Both the position numbers and the translations under genes were made by a program. This document shows positions 1 through 12,981 of a stretch of 64,000 nucleotides of DNA, piece after piece. The DNA is from Octopus vulgaris (lineage: Eukaryota). The notes below the pieces were generated by a model. That model did no database searches. It saw nothing but the letters and a program-made list of their open reading frames with translations, and had not been told where the DNA came from. The stretch is from contig OX597833.1 in NCBI GenBank assembly GCA_951406725.2, positions 20,088,001 to 20,152,000 on the forward strand, written 5' to 3'. Every line of letters starts with the position of its first letter. Within the stretch, counting starts at the first letter, position 1.

Positions 1-964
1 TCTTGATGAGAAATATTGCACTCTAAGCAACAAGATGCACACCACCAGCTATTTCGCTGACAGGCCACAAACATCTCACCAAGCCAGCTAGCTCCAACTC
101 TTCTAGATGCCAATAAAGAAACAAGGAAAGTAATTGACATATTTACCAATATCAGAACAGCAGGACTTCACAGATATTGAAAACAAATCACAATGGCGTG
201 ACTGTTTTCATTTCATTGTTAGTTTTACATAAGCTGAAGAAGGAACTAAATAAATGTTAATAATACGCAGGCTTTGAAGAGATGTTTCCTCTTTACCTAT
301 ATATTATCCAAGTGTTCAATGTCAGATCATGCTGAACCATTAGTTTATACAGGTTACCACTTCCTGAGATGATTCTAATCAGTGAAGTGGAGGCATGCCT
401 GTCAGTTTTGTTTTCTTGACCTGACTTTGCACTTTAGTTTGGTTACTAAGCTAAGTAAACACTGGATGTTTCCTGCTGATTTCATATTCCTGATATTAAT
501 CAGATTTCCTTGAAAGAAGGCGAAAGGTGGCTACAGCAATGACAGACAACTTCTGGTTCTTTTATGCTCTGAGTTCAAATCTTGCCTAACTACCTCACCA
601 CCACCACCACCATTACTTTGCTGAGGTTTAACCCCAGGTCAGCCCTGCTTCAGCAGAACTATGATCAAAGGTACTCCAACCATGACAATCCCACTTTTTA
701 TTCAAACATGCTCTTTTATGTTCTGAATTCAAATCCAACCAAGCTGCTGCTGCTGCTGTTGTTGTTGTTAAGCAACAAGATGGGTAAGGGTGCTTAGGTG
801 ATGGTCTAGGACCTAGGGGCAGGAGACCCCAGATCTTGGGAAAAAAAAAAATTTGGTCATCTTGTTGTAGTCGAGGGCTCTTCGTTGACGCCTGACACCA
901 CTGGGAGGTGGCCCGCGAAGTCGCTGGAAATGGAGATCTCCGGGTCCAAATTCTTGAACGGCTG

Positions 965-1003
<39 letters not shown>

Positions 1004-3336
1004 TTACTATGTCGTTGTTTAATCCCAGTACTCCAGCCATGACAACTCCACTTTTATTCAGACATAATCTATCTAAGATTACATTAACCAACATGTCCTT
1101 TCCTTTTTTCTTTTTTGTAATAAACACCAAATATAGTTTGAAGGATACTTGGTAGTTATTTCTAGCAGGATCAATGACTGTATAGATATTCCTTCATTGT
1201 AGTAGCAGTGATTACCATCATCATCATCATCATCATCATTATCATTGTTATTATTATTATTATTACTATTGTGATGATGAATCAATTATATTATATGGTA
1301 CATGACTGCTAGTATCCACACAACAGGCTGCAGCTTTCACTTTCTTAATACTCTGACTAAAGCCTCTCATTCTAATGGGTCGTGCGTTGTTGTCTAACCA
1401 CTCAATTTTACATGACAGACAAACTATTGATAGTAAAACCTAAAGTGAGCCGTCAGAGCTTAATCAATTGTTAATGCTATATTGCAGTGTGCACTGACAG
1501 TAGACTCTTTAACCCACATTCTAGACAGTAACTTCTATATATTAATAACATGCTCAAATATACTTCTGCTACACAAGGACATACACAATAGCAACAAGAC
1601 ATACAATCGCTAGACAGAAAAAAGAAAAAAAGAGCTTTGCAACAGGAGACAAGGATGCTTGTATGCCTGAGGTGGAGAAATTTTGCTTGTATAGGTGTAA
1701 GCATGGCTGTGTGGACAAGAAGCTTGCTTCTCGACCATGTGGTCTTGGGTTCAATCCCACTGTGTGACACCTTGGGTAAATGTCTCCTGTTATATCCTCA
1801 GGCTGGGGAAAGGCTTCTGAGTGAATTTCATAGTGGGAAAATGAAAGAAGTGTGTGTGTGTGTGTGTGTAAAATTAAATCTGATTATGTGAGCCCATCTG
1901 CAATTTCTTTGTGACTCAGGGAAAATTTGCAAATAACAAGTGTGTCTTACATCACACTATAGCTCATATATTTAGAACATTTTAGACAGCGTCATATAAT
2001 AAACAAAAATTTTAAGCTAGCCATTTCATTGGCAAAGTCTCCAGTAACTAGCTCACAAGAGCATTGTTTCTTCATCCTGGCCCATCTACAGCAATTTCTG
2101 CTCTTCTAAATTAGCTGAGTACTTTATTTTTCTAAACCCACCTAATACACCCCAGCTTTTCTACCCACTTTTCTTTGTTTATCATATTTGATGATATAAA
2201 AGAAGGATTTACTTTCCAAAAACAAGTCTCCATAAAATTACCCTGGGTTCTTATATGTTAAGATGGGCTTCCCATAAGCTTGAATGCACTTCAAACATTT
2301 TTCATAAATATTCACTGCTGAAACATCAAATATGGATAGTTGATTCATCAAAAAAAAAAAAAAGAGGGCTTAGTATGTGCTCATAATGAAGATGTGTAAA
2401 TTCTTAAGCACATGGGAGCTCAGATTACAAATCATACCTAAACTCTTTTCTTACAACATGCCTTCTTATACTGAGGGTATTTTGTCAGGGCAGCCATTTT
2501 ATTATGAGAATGATTGTACACTTGGTACAACTTTGCAATCTTTGATAAAACAATACACAAAAGATTTGACAGTTAATTTCACTTAAGTGACTTACTGTTG
2601 AATAGAATACTTTCTTCTCAAGTACAGATAATGTTTAGCAATGTTCCTTTCCCAACAGAATAAGCTGTTAGGCTTTCAATAAATCATTTCTAAACTAGTT
2701 GTCCTTTACTTCAACTATAGCGTCAGCGTAGTTCCTTTTCTGCTTTAATCATATGTCTACAGAGAAAATACAATTCTTCTAGTTCCTGTATATTGTATTA
2801 AAAACAAATAGTTTCTTGCAAGTACATCCACTATTTAATGTTAGCAAATTGTTCCATGATTTTCCATGAGTCACAAAAGAAATTGTAAATGGGCCCGCAC
2901 AATCAGATCTAATTCCACATACACACACTTGCACACACACACACACACATACATACGCACGCACACGCGCACACACATTTTTTTTTTCCAGACGAAAATA
3001 CTTCTTCCGTTTGGGGCATTATTTCCTAAGTTTCCATGTTTTTTTTTATCATACTTTATTTAAGGGATTCCTTTTATTTCCATATATGTATATATAAAAA
3101 TCATTGGAAGAATCAATTTACTAGACTGAGTCCAATAAATGTCATCAAATAAATGGAACAGGTAATATGGATTATTTATTTAATTTGACCAGGCAGCACT
3201 TTCTGTCGCAAAAGACCATATTTCAGGTATGCAATTGAAAAATATGTATTTCAACAAAAGTAATACACATTATTATATTAAGTCATCTGGAACTCATCAG
3301 TGGATAATAATTAAATATTTTAATATTTAAAGTTAG

Positions 3337-3873
3337 TACTGTGAAATGGGGTTAGTTTGAACACCAGGGTAACTTTGAGCAAAATATAATATTTTGTTTT
3401 CTCTTTATATCACAGCTCAAGGTTGCACAATAATGCAATTTAAAAATAATTTTCCTTCAGCTGAATGGGCTAATTAATTTTTAAAGTGAAACAAATCCCA
3501 ATTAGTATCACACCTGTACCAAAATATCAAAAGATCCAGAGCATGTTTAAGTGCTACAGAAGTATCCTTGTATGTCCAGCACTTACAAGTGACTCTTACA
3601 GTTGATGGAAAACTTATCCCTCCAAATAACATATTCAACTTTTGAACAAAAATTTTAAAAAACATTACTGCTCAAAGTAACCCCAAATCAGGGGTTACTT
3701 TGAACAGTGACAATTATATAAAAAAGGTAATCAAATATTGACTGCAACTTATTTTTATTTCATATATCAGTTTACCTATTTAGTGCCCCTAACATAGTCA
3801 AATTTAGTTAAGATTGAAAAAGAAGTTATGAAATTATTGCAATAAGAAGTCAAAGTAACCCCATCTCATGGTA
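3337..3873. mobile_element. pogo/Tc1-mariner-type MITE
   Basis: Imperfect TIRs TACTGTGAAATGGGGTTAGTTTGA ... TCAAAGTAACCCCATCTCATGGTA with terminal TA; TIR-like GGGGTTACTTTGA motifs repeated internally; no ORF. Confidence 0.6.
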
Positions 3874-3893
3874 CCTTTATATATATATATATA

Positions 3894-4195
3894 TCATGCA
3901 CCATTCGAGTGTGATCATTACCAGCGTCGCCTTACTGGCACCTGTGCCGGTGGCATGTGTAAAAAGATTCAAGCGAGGTCGTTGCCAGTACCGCCTGACT
4001 GGCCCCCGTGCCAGTGGCATGTAAAGGCACCCACTACACTCTCGGAGTGGTTGGCATTAGGAAGGCCATCCAGCTGTAGAAACTCTGCTAAATCAAGATT
4101 GGTGCCTGGTGCAGCCATCTGGTTCACCAGCCCTCAGTCAAATTATCCAACCCATGCTAGCATGGAAAGCAGATGTTCAACAATGATGATGATGA
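3894..4195 (+). mobile_element. Family C short retroelement (RTE-like tail, (GAT)n end)
   Basis: CCCACTACACTCTCGGAGTGGTTGGCATTAGGAAGG...CCAACCCATGCTAGCATGGAAAG...GATGATGATG; over 10 related copies in the window. Confidence 0.8.
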
Positions 4196-4208
4196 TATAT
4201 ATATATAT

Positions 4209-4433
4209 ATGGCTGCACCAGGCTCCAATCTTGATCTGGCAGAGTTTTTACAGCTGGATGCCCTTCCTAACGCCAACCACTCCGAGAGTGTAGTGGGTAC
4301 CTTTACATGCCACCGGCATGAGGGCCAGTCGGGTGGTACTGGCAACGACCTCGCTCGAATCTTTTTACACATGCCACCGGCACAGGTGCCAGTAAGGCGA
4401 CGCTGGTAACGATCACGCTCAAATGCTGCGTGA
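4209..4433 (-). mobile_element. Family C element, inverted copy lacking its tail
   Basis: Reverse complement of 3894-4120 with high identity. Confidence 0.8.
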
Positions 4434-5738
4434 TATATATAAAGGTACTATGAGACAGATTTATATTTAATCTTTCTAGTATATGCAATTTTCTAGATGG
4501 TGTAATTTAATTTTTCATTTTGTGGGGTTTTTTTCTAATTTATATATATATATATATATTAGTCCAACCCATGCTAGCATGGAAAACGGACGTTAAATGA
4601 CAATGATGATATATGAATGAGTGAATTAATGAAAGAAAGTAGCACTCGATATATTTAGTAAGAGTTGTATGCATTTATGAATAACTTGACTCAATTCCAC
4701 ATTACTAAAAGCTTCTTCGGTGCTGAACATATCTGCATCACCAAAGACAGACAGATAGATTATAATTGTCTGAAAAACATATATTATCACAACTCATGTT
4801 AAAGAGATGATAATATGTTTAAATAACATATTAAATGTAATTTAACAGTTGAGTAATCAACATTCCAGTTAAGACCATCCCATCTTTGTATCTATCAAGG
4901 ACTATATTGTCCAATGTAGTCTTCTCTTTTGTGATAGCAGAATGTGATTTAAGGGTGATTTGGTTGCTGCCAAATAGACCAAGCAACTTAATAGAGGTTT
5001 CTAGTTAGCTTACATAATTTAAAAGCTTATGTTAAAATTCTGATACAGTTATGCATGAGCTAGATCATGACTGAAGACACTTCAATCATGAGTGAAATAG
5101 CTTCACAGTGACTAATGAACATCATCAGCATTTAATATTCACTTTTCCATGATTTGCATGGGTTAGACAGAATTGTTGAGGTAGATTTTTTTGTGGCCAG
5201 ATGCCATGCCCTTCTTGTTGATAACCCTCACCTGTTTCCAAGCAAGGTAATATTTTTCATGGAAGACTGTAAACAAACAACCTCACTTGTATGATGGTGA
5301 TGTTCATTTACAACTACCATGTGATGTCTAGAAAAGGGTGCACTCAAACACATACATACATACAAGATCCAAGAACCAAGGTGTAGGAAGAAAGTTAGCT
5401 TCAAGCAAATTGTAGAAAATATAAAAAACTTTCAGGAACAATAGTGGTTTATTGAGGTGGAATGTTGTGGATTTTTTCTGTATTGAAGTATGGTAAGCTG
5501 AAAAAAATGTTTTATATTTCCCGATAGGCAGGCAGGGTTACCAGGTATGCAAATAAAATACAAGAGTTAAGGAATGGAGTAGATAATATCCAGGCTATAC
5601 TGGATATTATCTACTGTATGTTTCAAAGTGAGCGGACCCTCAGCAGTAATAAATATCCAAGCGAGCTGATTGAATCATCTGTGTGTCGACATGTATCTCC
5701 TTTCAACAATGTAAACTTCATTTAATCAAGGTACCTTT

Positions 5739-5822
5739 GGCCTGAAGAGTAGCTTGTGGTATACACCTCACTTGGATATTTACTCCTTTCAAGGTTCCAC
5801 TCACTATGAAACATATGTAGCC
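5739..5822 (+). ncRNA. Candidate type I hammerhead ribozyme (Penelope-like LTR remnant)
   Basis: ggc-CTGAAGA(5742-48)-gtag...ctat-GAAA(5808-11)-C-ATAT-GTA-gcc: both core boxes, palindromic short stem III, GUA triplet, 3 bp stem I. Confidence 0.5.
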
Positions 5823-5885
5823 CGGATCTTATTTACTCCATTCCTTAACTTTTGCATATATACATATATATGAGTATATGAGTAT

Positions 5886-6057
5886 AGGTATGAGTGTGTG
5901 GTTAAGAAGCTTGCTTCCCAGCCACATGGTTCCAGGTTCAATACCTCTGCATGGCACCCTGGGCAAGTATTTTCTACACTATAGCCTGATGTTGACCAAA
6001 GCCTTGTAAGTGGATTTGGTAGATGGAAACTAAAAGAAGCCTCTAGTAAATGATGAT

Positions 6058-6089
<32 letters not shown>

Positions 6090-6282
6090 GGTGGTTGTCC
6101 CCACCACTTCACAACTAGTGTTGGTGTGTTTAAGTCCCCCATAACCTGGCAGTTCAGCAAAAGAGACTGCTAGAATAAGTACCAAACTTTAAAAAAGTAA
6201 GTAGTGGGGTTGATTCATAGGACTAAAAGTTCCTCAATGCAGTGCTCCAGCATAGTTGCAGCCTAATAACTGAAACAAGTAA
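5886..6282 (+). mobile_element. Family A tRNA-derived SINE (diverged)
   Basis: A/B-box head (GTGTGGTTAAG...GGTTCAAT), CORE-like CCTGGGCAAGT segment, central (GT)n, tail CTGAAACAAGTAAA. Confidence 0.8.
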
Positions 6283-6287
6283 ACAAT

Positions 6288-6319
<32 letters not shown>

Positions 6320-7197
6320 TACAATGGGCTTCTTTTCAGTTTCCATCTACCAAATTCACTCACAAGGTTTTGGTGGTCCCAGGGCTATTGTGGAAGGCTA
6401 TTGCCCAAGATGCCGCTCAGTAGAACTGTACCCAAGACCACATGGTTGGGAAGCAAGCTTCTTAACCACACAACCATGCCAAAACTATAATTTAATAGTA
6501 TTTGTATTTTATGTATCCATGTATGTGTTTGGTCATTTGGAATGATACTTGGTCTTTTTCACAGCTTGATACAACCATTTGTTCTAGTAGAGGCTACATT
6601 GGAGCAGGAGGTAAAACTCCTACCAAACTAAGTCTGTAAACTTGGCTGTAGTTGCTGCCACAGGTCCCCTTGGTAAGGTATAAATGTCATCATTTTCCCT
6701 GTTTCTTATGGTGGCCATACTCTATCTGGATAGAGTATAGCTTCCAGTCTTTGAATGGTAGTGATATAAAGTACTGTCTGGTATAAGCTGTCTACCTGTC
6801 AATTCTATCAGTGTTCAAACTGAGTGAGTTTTCCTATACTGAGGTAAATTAAGCTGTCACATTCCCTGCCACCCGAAGGTGCCCTTCCAGCAATTCCTTT
6901 AAGATTCTACTTTACTTTTCCCTTTTATCTTGGGATCAATAAAACTTATCACCTATTAATGGATACGTCTCTAGTTCTACATGGTCAAACAACTGATTGT
7001 TTATGACGCCAGCAAGTGGAATAAATAAATATCTATGATCACATTTAACTGTTCCAAACAGAATTCTGACAAATATAATAATAGGTGCAGGTGTGACTGC
7101 CTGAAAAGAGGTGAGGCTGGTGACATGAGGGGCATCTGGGCATAGAAAATCCACATCAACAAAATTCTGTTTGACCCATGGAAGCATGGAAAAAGTG

Positions 7198-7413
7198 GAG
7201 GAGGAGATGATGATGCTGCTGCTGCTGCTGGTGATGATGCTGATGCTGATGATGATGTTAATGCTGCTGCTGCTGCTGCTGCTGATGCTGATGATGATGC
7301 TGCTGCTGCTGCTGATGATGATGATGATGCTGATGATGATGCTGATGATGATGCTGATGATGCTGCTGCTGCTGCTGATGATGATGCTCTTGCTGCTGAT
7401 GATGATGATGATG
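7198..7413. repeat. Compound (GAT)/(GCT) trinucleotide microsatellite
   Basis: Interspersed GAT and GCT runs; source of the poly-S/A and poly-M/L ORFs. Confidence 0.95.
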
Positions 7414-7781
7414 ACAACTATGCAGAAAAGAAAGAGTATGACAGATGTATAATGATTAAAGTCGGTCTACTCAGGATTGAAATATCTTTATTGTCACTGC
7501 TGGACTCACATTTTCGCATTTTCTCGTTAACCAAGGTTATAGATCAAGGTCGAAATATTTATGAATACAATGATGTGCTAGAATTCGTTTTTCAAAGACT
7601 TCTAAGACAGAACAACTCATCCATGCAGCTTTAATAAACACTAATTGATTTAGATCTACTAGACATATCCGACATCATTAATAACCAAACAAAATACGAA
7701 GACACTGGTCTTTGAAAGAGATAAAACATAACAGTATTGGTTAAAAGAGAAACAGAGGAATTTATTACAAAAGATTCTTAT

Positions 7782-8198
7782 TGGCGCAAGAGTGGCTGTG
7801 TGGTAAGTAGCTTGCTTACGAACCACATGGTTCCGGGTACAGTCCCACTGCGTGGAACCTTGGGCAAGTGTCTTCTACTATAGCCCCGGGCTGACCAATG
7901 CCTTGTGAGTGGATTTGGTAGACGGAAACTGAAAGAAGCCTGTTGTATATATGTATATATATATAAGTGTGTGTGTATATGTTTGTGTGTCTGTGTTTGT
8001 CCCCCTAGCATTGCTTGACAACCGATGCTGGTGTATTTACGTCCCTGTCACTTAGCGGTTCAGCAAAAGAGACCGATAGAATAAGTACTGAGCTAACAAA
8101 GAATAAGTCCTGGGGTCGATTTGCTCGACTAAAGGCGGTGCTCCAGCATGGCCGCAGTCAAATGACTGAAACAAGTAAAAGAGTAAAGAGAGTAAAGA
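7782..8198 (+). mobile_element. Family A tRNA-derived CORE-like SINE, full length
   Basis: GGCGCAAGAGTGGCTGTGTGGTAAG (A box), B-box-like GGTACAGTCCC, CCTTGGGCAAGTGTCTT, TA/GT middle, AGTAAA(A)G repeat tail; about 25-30 related copies in the window. Confidence 0.9.
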
Positions 8199-8264
8199 AT
8201 AATATAGTATGATATGAAAATGACAGTAAAAGGTGTTTGATTATTGTTATTATTATCATTACTA

Positions 8265-8660
8265 TCTCTTTTACTTTTTTACTTGTTTCAGTCATTTGAC
8301 TGTGGCCATGCTGGAGCACCACCTTTAGTCGAGCAAATCAAACCCAGGACTTTTAAGCCTAGTCTCTATCAGTATCTTTTGCCGAACCACTAAATTACAG
8401 GAACGTTAACACACCAGCATCAGTTGTCAAGCAATGTTGGGAGGACAAACACAGACACACAAACATATACACACACACACATATATATACATATATACGA
8501 TGGACTTCTTTCAGTTTCCCTCTACCAAATTTACTCACAAGGCTTTGGTCAGCCCGAGGCTATTGTAGAAGACACTTGCCCAAGGTGCCAAACAGTTGGA
8601 ATGAACCTGGAACCATGTGGTTGGTAAGCAAGCTACTTACCACACAGCCACTCCTACACC
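8265..8660 (-). mobile_element. Family A SINE, tail-to-tail with 7782-8198
   Basis: Reverse complement of the family A consensus. Confidence 0.9.
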
Positions 8661-9256
8661 TATGTTTTATATCAGCTTCAAATTTTGACACACAGCCAGC
8701 AATTTGGGGGTGGAATAAAGTCGATTATATCAACCCCAATGCTCAGCTGGTACTTATTTTATTGACCCCCAAAAGCATGAAAGGTAAAGTGAACTTAGCG
8801 TATTTTGAACTCAGGATATAAAGACAAACAAAATGCCACTAAGCATTTTACTTGGTGTACACACAATTCTGCTAGCTTGCTACCAAGAATTAATATTATT
8901 GTCATCATCAATTTTACTTTCATTACAGTCTATGTAATAAAATGTCTTCATTCCCACCATTCCTTTCTAATTGTATGTATGAGGTTTTATAGGGTTAAAC
9001 CAAATAAATAAAAAAAAAAAATTAAGCAAAACACATTTTGCTTTCCACAGAAATAAGGAAAAATATAGTGTGTGTGGGATGTGCTAACTCTCAATTGACC
9101 CATTAAGATTCTTCAGTTATTTATTATTTAACATTTATTTAATAACATAATAAACATGAAAATATGGTGCCTACAGAAAACTCAGCTGGTACATCTTGAG
9201 ACAATTCCAAAACCAAAATAAATACACAAACATAGCAGTGTATTTTACTGTAATTG

Positions 9257-9301
<45 letters not shown>

Positions 9302-9537
9302 TAATCGTTTAACGTCCATATATATATATATTATTATTATTATTATTAATTATTATTAATTATCATTATTATTATTAATTATTATTATTATTAATTATTA
9401 CTATTATCATTATTATTATTAATTATTACTATTATCATTATTTATTATTAATTATTACTATTATCATTATTTATTATTAATTATTACTATTATCATTATT
9501 ATTAATTATTATTATTATTATCATTATTATTATTATT

Positions 9538-10092
9538 GAGTGAGAGAGCAGTGCATGCCATCAAAGTGACACTGGGGTAAAATATACGAAGCCCAGTATA
9601 CCCATCATGGCTACCCGTCTAATAAGGGTACACTAAGCACATGCATCACAACCATATGTGCGTGACATGGTGATCTCATATCAAGATAAACAGCACATGA
9701 CCTTGCAGGTGGGGCCCAGTTAGAATTATCTTCTGGTCGAATAACCCATCCTGCTCTAAAGGTCCCTGAATACGGGTTGTTTAAGGATGTTGAACGAACC
9801 ACCCGTGTTTCCAAAGGTGAATTATCCAAACCTCCAAGAATTCCTTTCAACACATGGCTATGATACTCCCCAACTACTTCTGCTCATGATCAGAGATGCA
9901 CGTATCGTCAACCACTAAGGGACATGGTCAACTGGTTATGGCCAAACAACTGATAAGCAAATCTGTGGTACTGAGCAGAATATTTGCTGTAGCCCATCTT
10001 TTATACCAAGACAAAACAATGTACATGATAACACTTCCAATCAGTTAAGATCAGAAGCCATGAGAGCCACAGCCTGGTACTGTATCAGGGCA

Positions 10093-10093
<1 letters not shown>
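9538..10093 (-). mobile_element. ~555 bp non-coding interspersed repeat embedded in (ATT)n
   Basis: Reverse-complement match to 12982-13526 over its full length with the same termini; ATT runs on both flanks. Strand is relative to the second copy. Confidence 0.8.
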
Positions 10094-10128
<35 letters not shown>

Positions 10129-10140
10129 TAAAGCAAAGGT

Positions 10141-10520
10141 GGAGGCACAATGGCCCAGTGGTTAGGGCAGCAGACTCGCGGTTGTAGGATCGTGGTTCCG
10201 ATTCCCAGACCGGGCGTTGTGAGTGTTTATTGAGCGAAAACACCTAAAGCTCCACGAGGCTCCGGCAGGGATGGTGGTGATCCCTGCTGTACTCTTTCAC
10301 CACAACTTTCTCTCACTCTTACTTCCTGTTTCTGTTGTACCTGTATTTCAAAGGGCCGGCCTTGTCACTCTCTGTGTCACGCTGAATATCCCTGCGAACT
10401 ACATTAAGGGTACACGTGTCTGTGGAGTGCTCAGCCACTTACACGTTAATTTCATGAGCAGGCTGTTCCGTTGATCGGATCAACCGGAAGCCTCATCGTC
10501 GTAACTGACGGAGTGCTTCC
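10141..10520 (+). mobile_element. Family D1 tRNA-derived SINE
   Basis: GGAGGCACAATGGCCCAGTGGTTAG (A box), GGTTCCGATTCCC (B box); 3' half from TGTACCTGTATTTCAAAGGGCCGG shared with 14881-15194. Confidence 0.8.
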
Positions 10521-10837
10521 ACCATTAAAGCAAAGGCTGGACAGCTTATTATATTTTTAATTCCATGCTACATGTGTTTCATTACAGTATAGGAAATATA
10601 TTATGAATATAAATGTTAATATTAATGATAATATTATAAATATAATAAATTCATAATAAGTATGTGGATGTAGAAAACCTGTATGGAATCTTCTATGCAG
10701 AATGCCTCAGGCAAAGAATTAAAATTAATACAACGTTACTTTGATGAAATTACAATTTATACTTCATAGAATTTACCTGGAGTATCTTAAGAGACAGATG
10801 GATAAAGAGGAGGTAAAATAATAAACTAGAGAGAGGG

Positions 10838-10840
10838 ATA

Positions 10841-10872
<32 letters not shown>

Positions 10873-10943
10873 CATATATAATAATATATACATACATATA
10901 TATACATATATATATACATATATATATATACATATATATATAC

Positions 10944-10996
<53 letters not shown>

Positions 10997-11026
10997 TATA
11001 TACATATATACATACATATACATATA

Positions 11027-11060
<34 letters not shown>

Positions 11061-11250
11061 CATATATATATACATATATACATACATATATATATATATA
11101 CATATATATATACATATATACATACATATATACATACATATATATATAATCATACATATATACATACATATATATATAATATACATATATATACATATAT
11201 ATATACATATATATATACATATATATATACATATATATACACATATATAT

Positions 11251-11287
<37 letters not shown>

Positions 11288-11474
11288 TATATACATATAT
11301 ATACACATATATATACACATATATATACATATATATACACATATATACACATATATATACATATATATACACAATATATATAATATATATATATATACAT
11401 ATATATACACATATATATATACATATATATACATATATATATACATATATATACATATATATATATATATGATA

Positions 11475-11505
<31 letters not shown>

Positions 11506-11524
11506 ATATATATATATATATATA
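10838..11524. repeat. ~690 bp (TA)n/(TACA)-type microsatellite with terminal (TG)n
   Basis: Degenerate ATATAC/ATAT repeats; explains the 250-260 aa Y/I/C/M ORFs. Confidence 0.95.
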
Positions 11525-12909
11525 AAGACATACATTGATGGGAGGAGAAATAGATAGAAGAGAAAGAATATTTAAGTTATAAAATATAAAACTAGGAGCA
11601 ACAATTATAATGAATGTATGTTAGACATATTCAAGTTTATTTGAAATTACAAGAACACTTCTACAATATATACTCATACATATATATAACCCCTTATATA
11701 CACTTTGCAGTGTGGGGCTATGATAGAAGACACTTGCTCAAACTACCACACAGTAGGACTGAACCCAGAATCATGTAGTTGGGAAGCAAACATCTTAACC
11801 ATACAGCCATGCCAGCACCTAAAATGTTAGTTACACTAATAAAATAAAGTAGTTTATGATGGCCCATTATGACACCCACTACCTTTGTTTTAGATAATTC
11901 CCAGGAGACCACCTTTGAAAGACTTAGGACAAACTATTAAAATAATTTAAATGGCATGCAAACCAAATTACAAAATAAATAATATTAAATTACTGCAGCT
12001 ATAAAGAGGGGAATGAAAAACAGAAATTAGTGTTGTTTTTTTGGGGTTTTTTTTGGGGTTTTTTTGCAATTAATAGAGTTTTGTTTACACTGCCAATTAT
12101 TTTACTTTGGTGCGTACAGATGAATCTCTCCGCCACCATCAGCACCACTGCAACTGCTGCTGCCACTGCCACCGCCACCACCACCACCATTACTACCACC
12201 ATCAACACCATGTACTACTATTAAATGGACAAAAATTAAACAAACCTATCCTAAAAAAAAAAAAGAAAAAACATCCATCCAATGATTAGTAGCAATATTT
12301 ATTCTCACTATCAGGCAGTCTTCAAATAATACTGATTAAAGCAGTTGAACACAGAGACATGCTTGCAAACACCACCACCACAGCTTCACACATCCCACCC
12401 AAACACCCAGCCACCCACACATACACACACATAACCCTCACGTATGCACACACAGAAAAGTTTCTAAATGAAACAAACTGCAATGTGTACTCTAACCAAA
12501 TCTACACGTACCCAGAAAAGCATATATTCTACCTGGCTGTCTTTATTGCCATCTTACTTACGTAGCTACTGTCTGAGATTAAGTCACTTCAAATATATTG
12601 TCTTTTGATGTCTGTCTGGTGCGTAGTTATTTAACGAGAGCAAATCAACAAGCCAGATGCCTCTTCCAATCTTCCCAAGTAATTTCTGTAATGGCCTTCT
12701 ACTATTTCATCCTGTCCTCACTATAAATATAATGTAATTTATACACACATACACACACATTAAAAAAAGAAGAAAATACTTCAAGAACATTCTCATAGAT
12801 AAAAGTAAGAGAGTATATATTTATCAAAATATGCAATGTGTATACATATATATATGTACACACACACACACACACAACGGAAAACAGTTTCCATCTGTAT
12901 TTAGCTAGC

Positions 12910-12962
<53 letters not shown>

Positions 12963-12981
12963 GTAATAATAATAATAATAA

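Noticed and set aside
1-180. Possible coding sequence at the window start
   Set aside because: Stops in all plus-strand frames and no recognisable motif
5065-5110. CTGAAGA...GAAA second hammerhead candidate
   Set aside because: Stem II pairing consumes the core G and stems I and III are too weak
7001-7452. Poly-Ser/Ala and poly-Met/Leu ORFs
   Set aside because: GAT/GCT triplet repeat with no flanking coding context or splice support
7778-8212. Recurrent RQASFSFRLPNPLTR / EDTCPRCHAVGLNPEPCGW peptides suggesting a gene family
   Set aside because: Chance frames of the multi-copy family A SINE
10750-11535. The two longest ORFs (261 and 252 aa)
   Set aside because: Translations of a TA/CA microsatellite with Y/I/C/M/V-only composition
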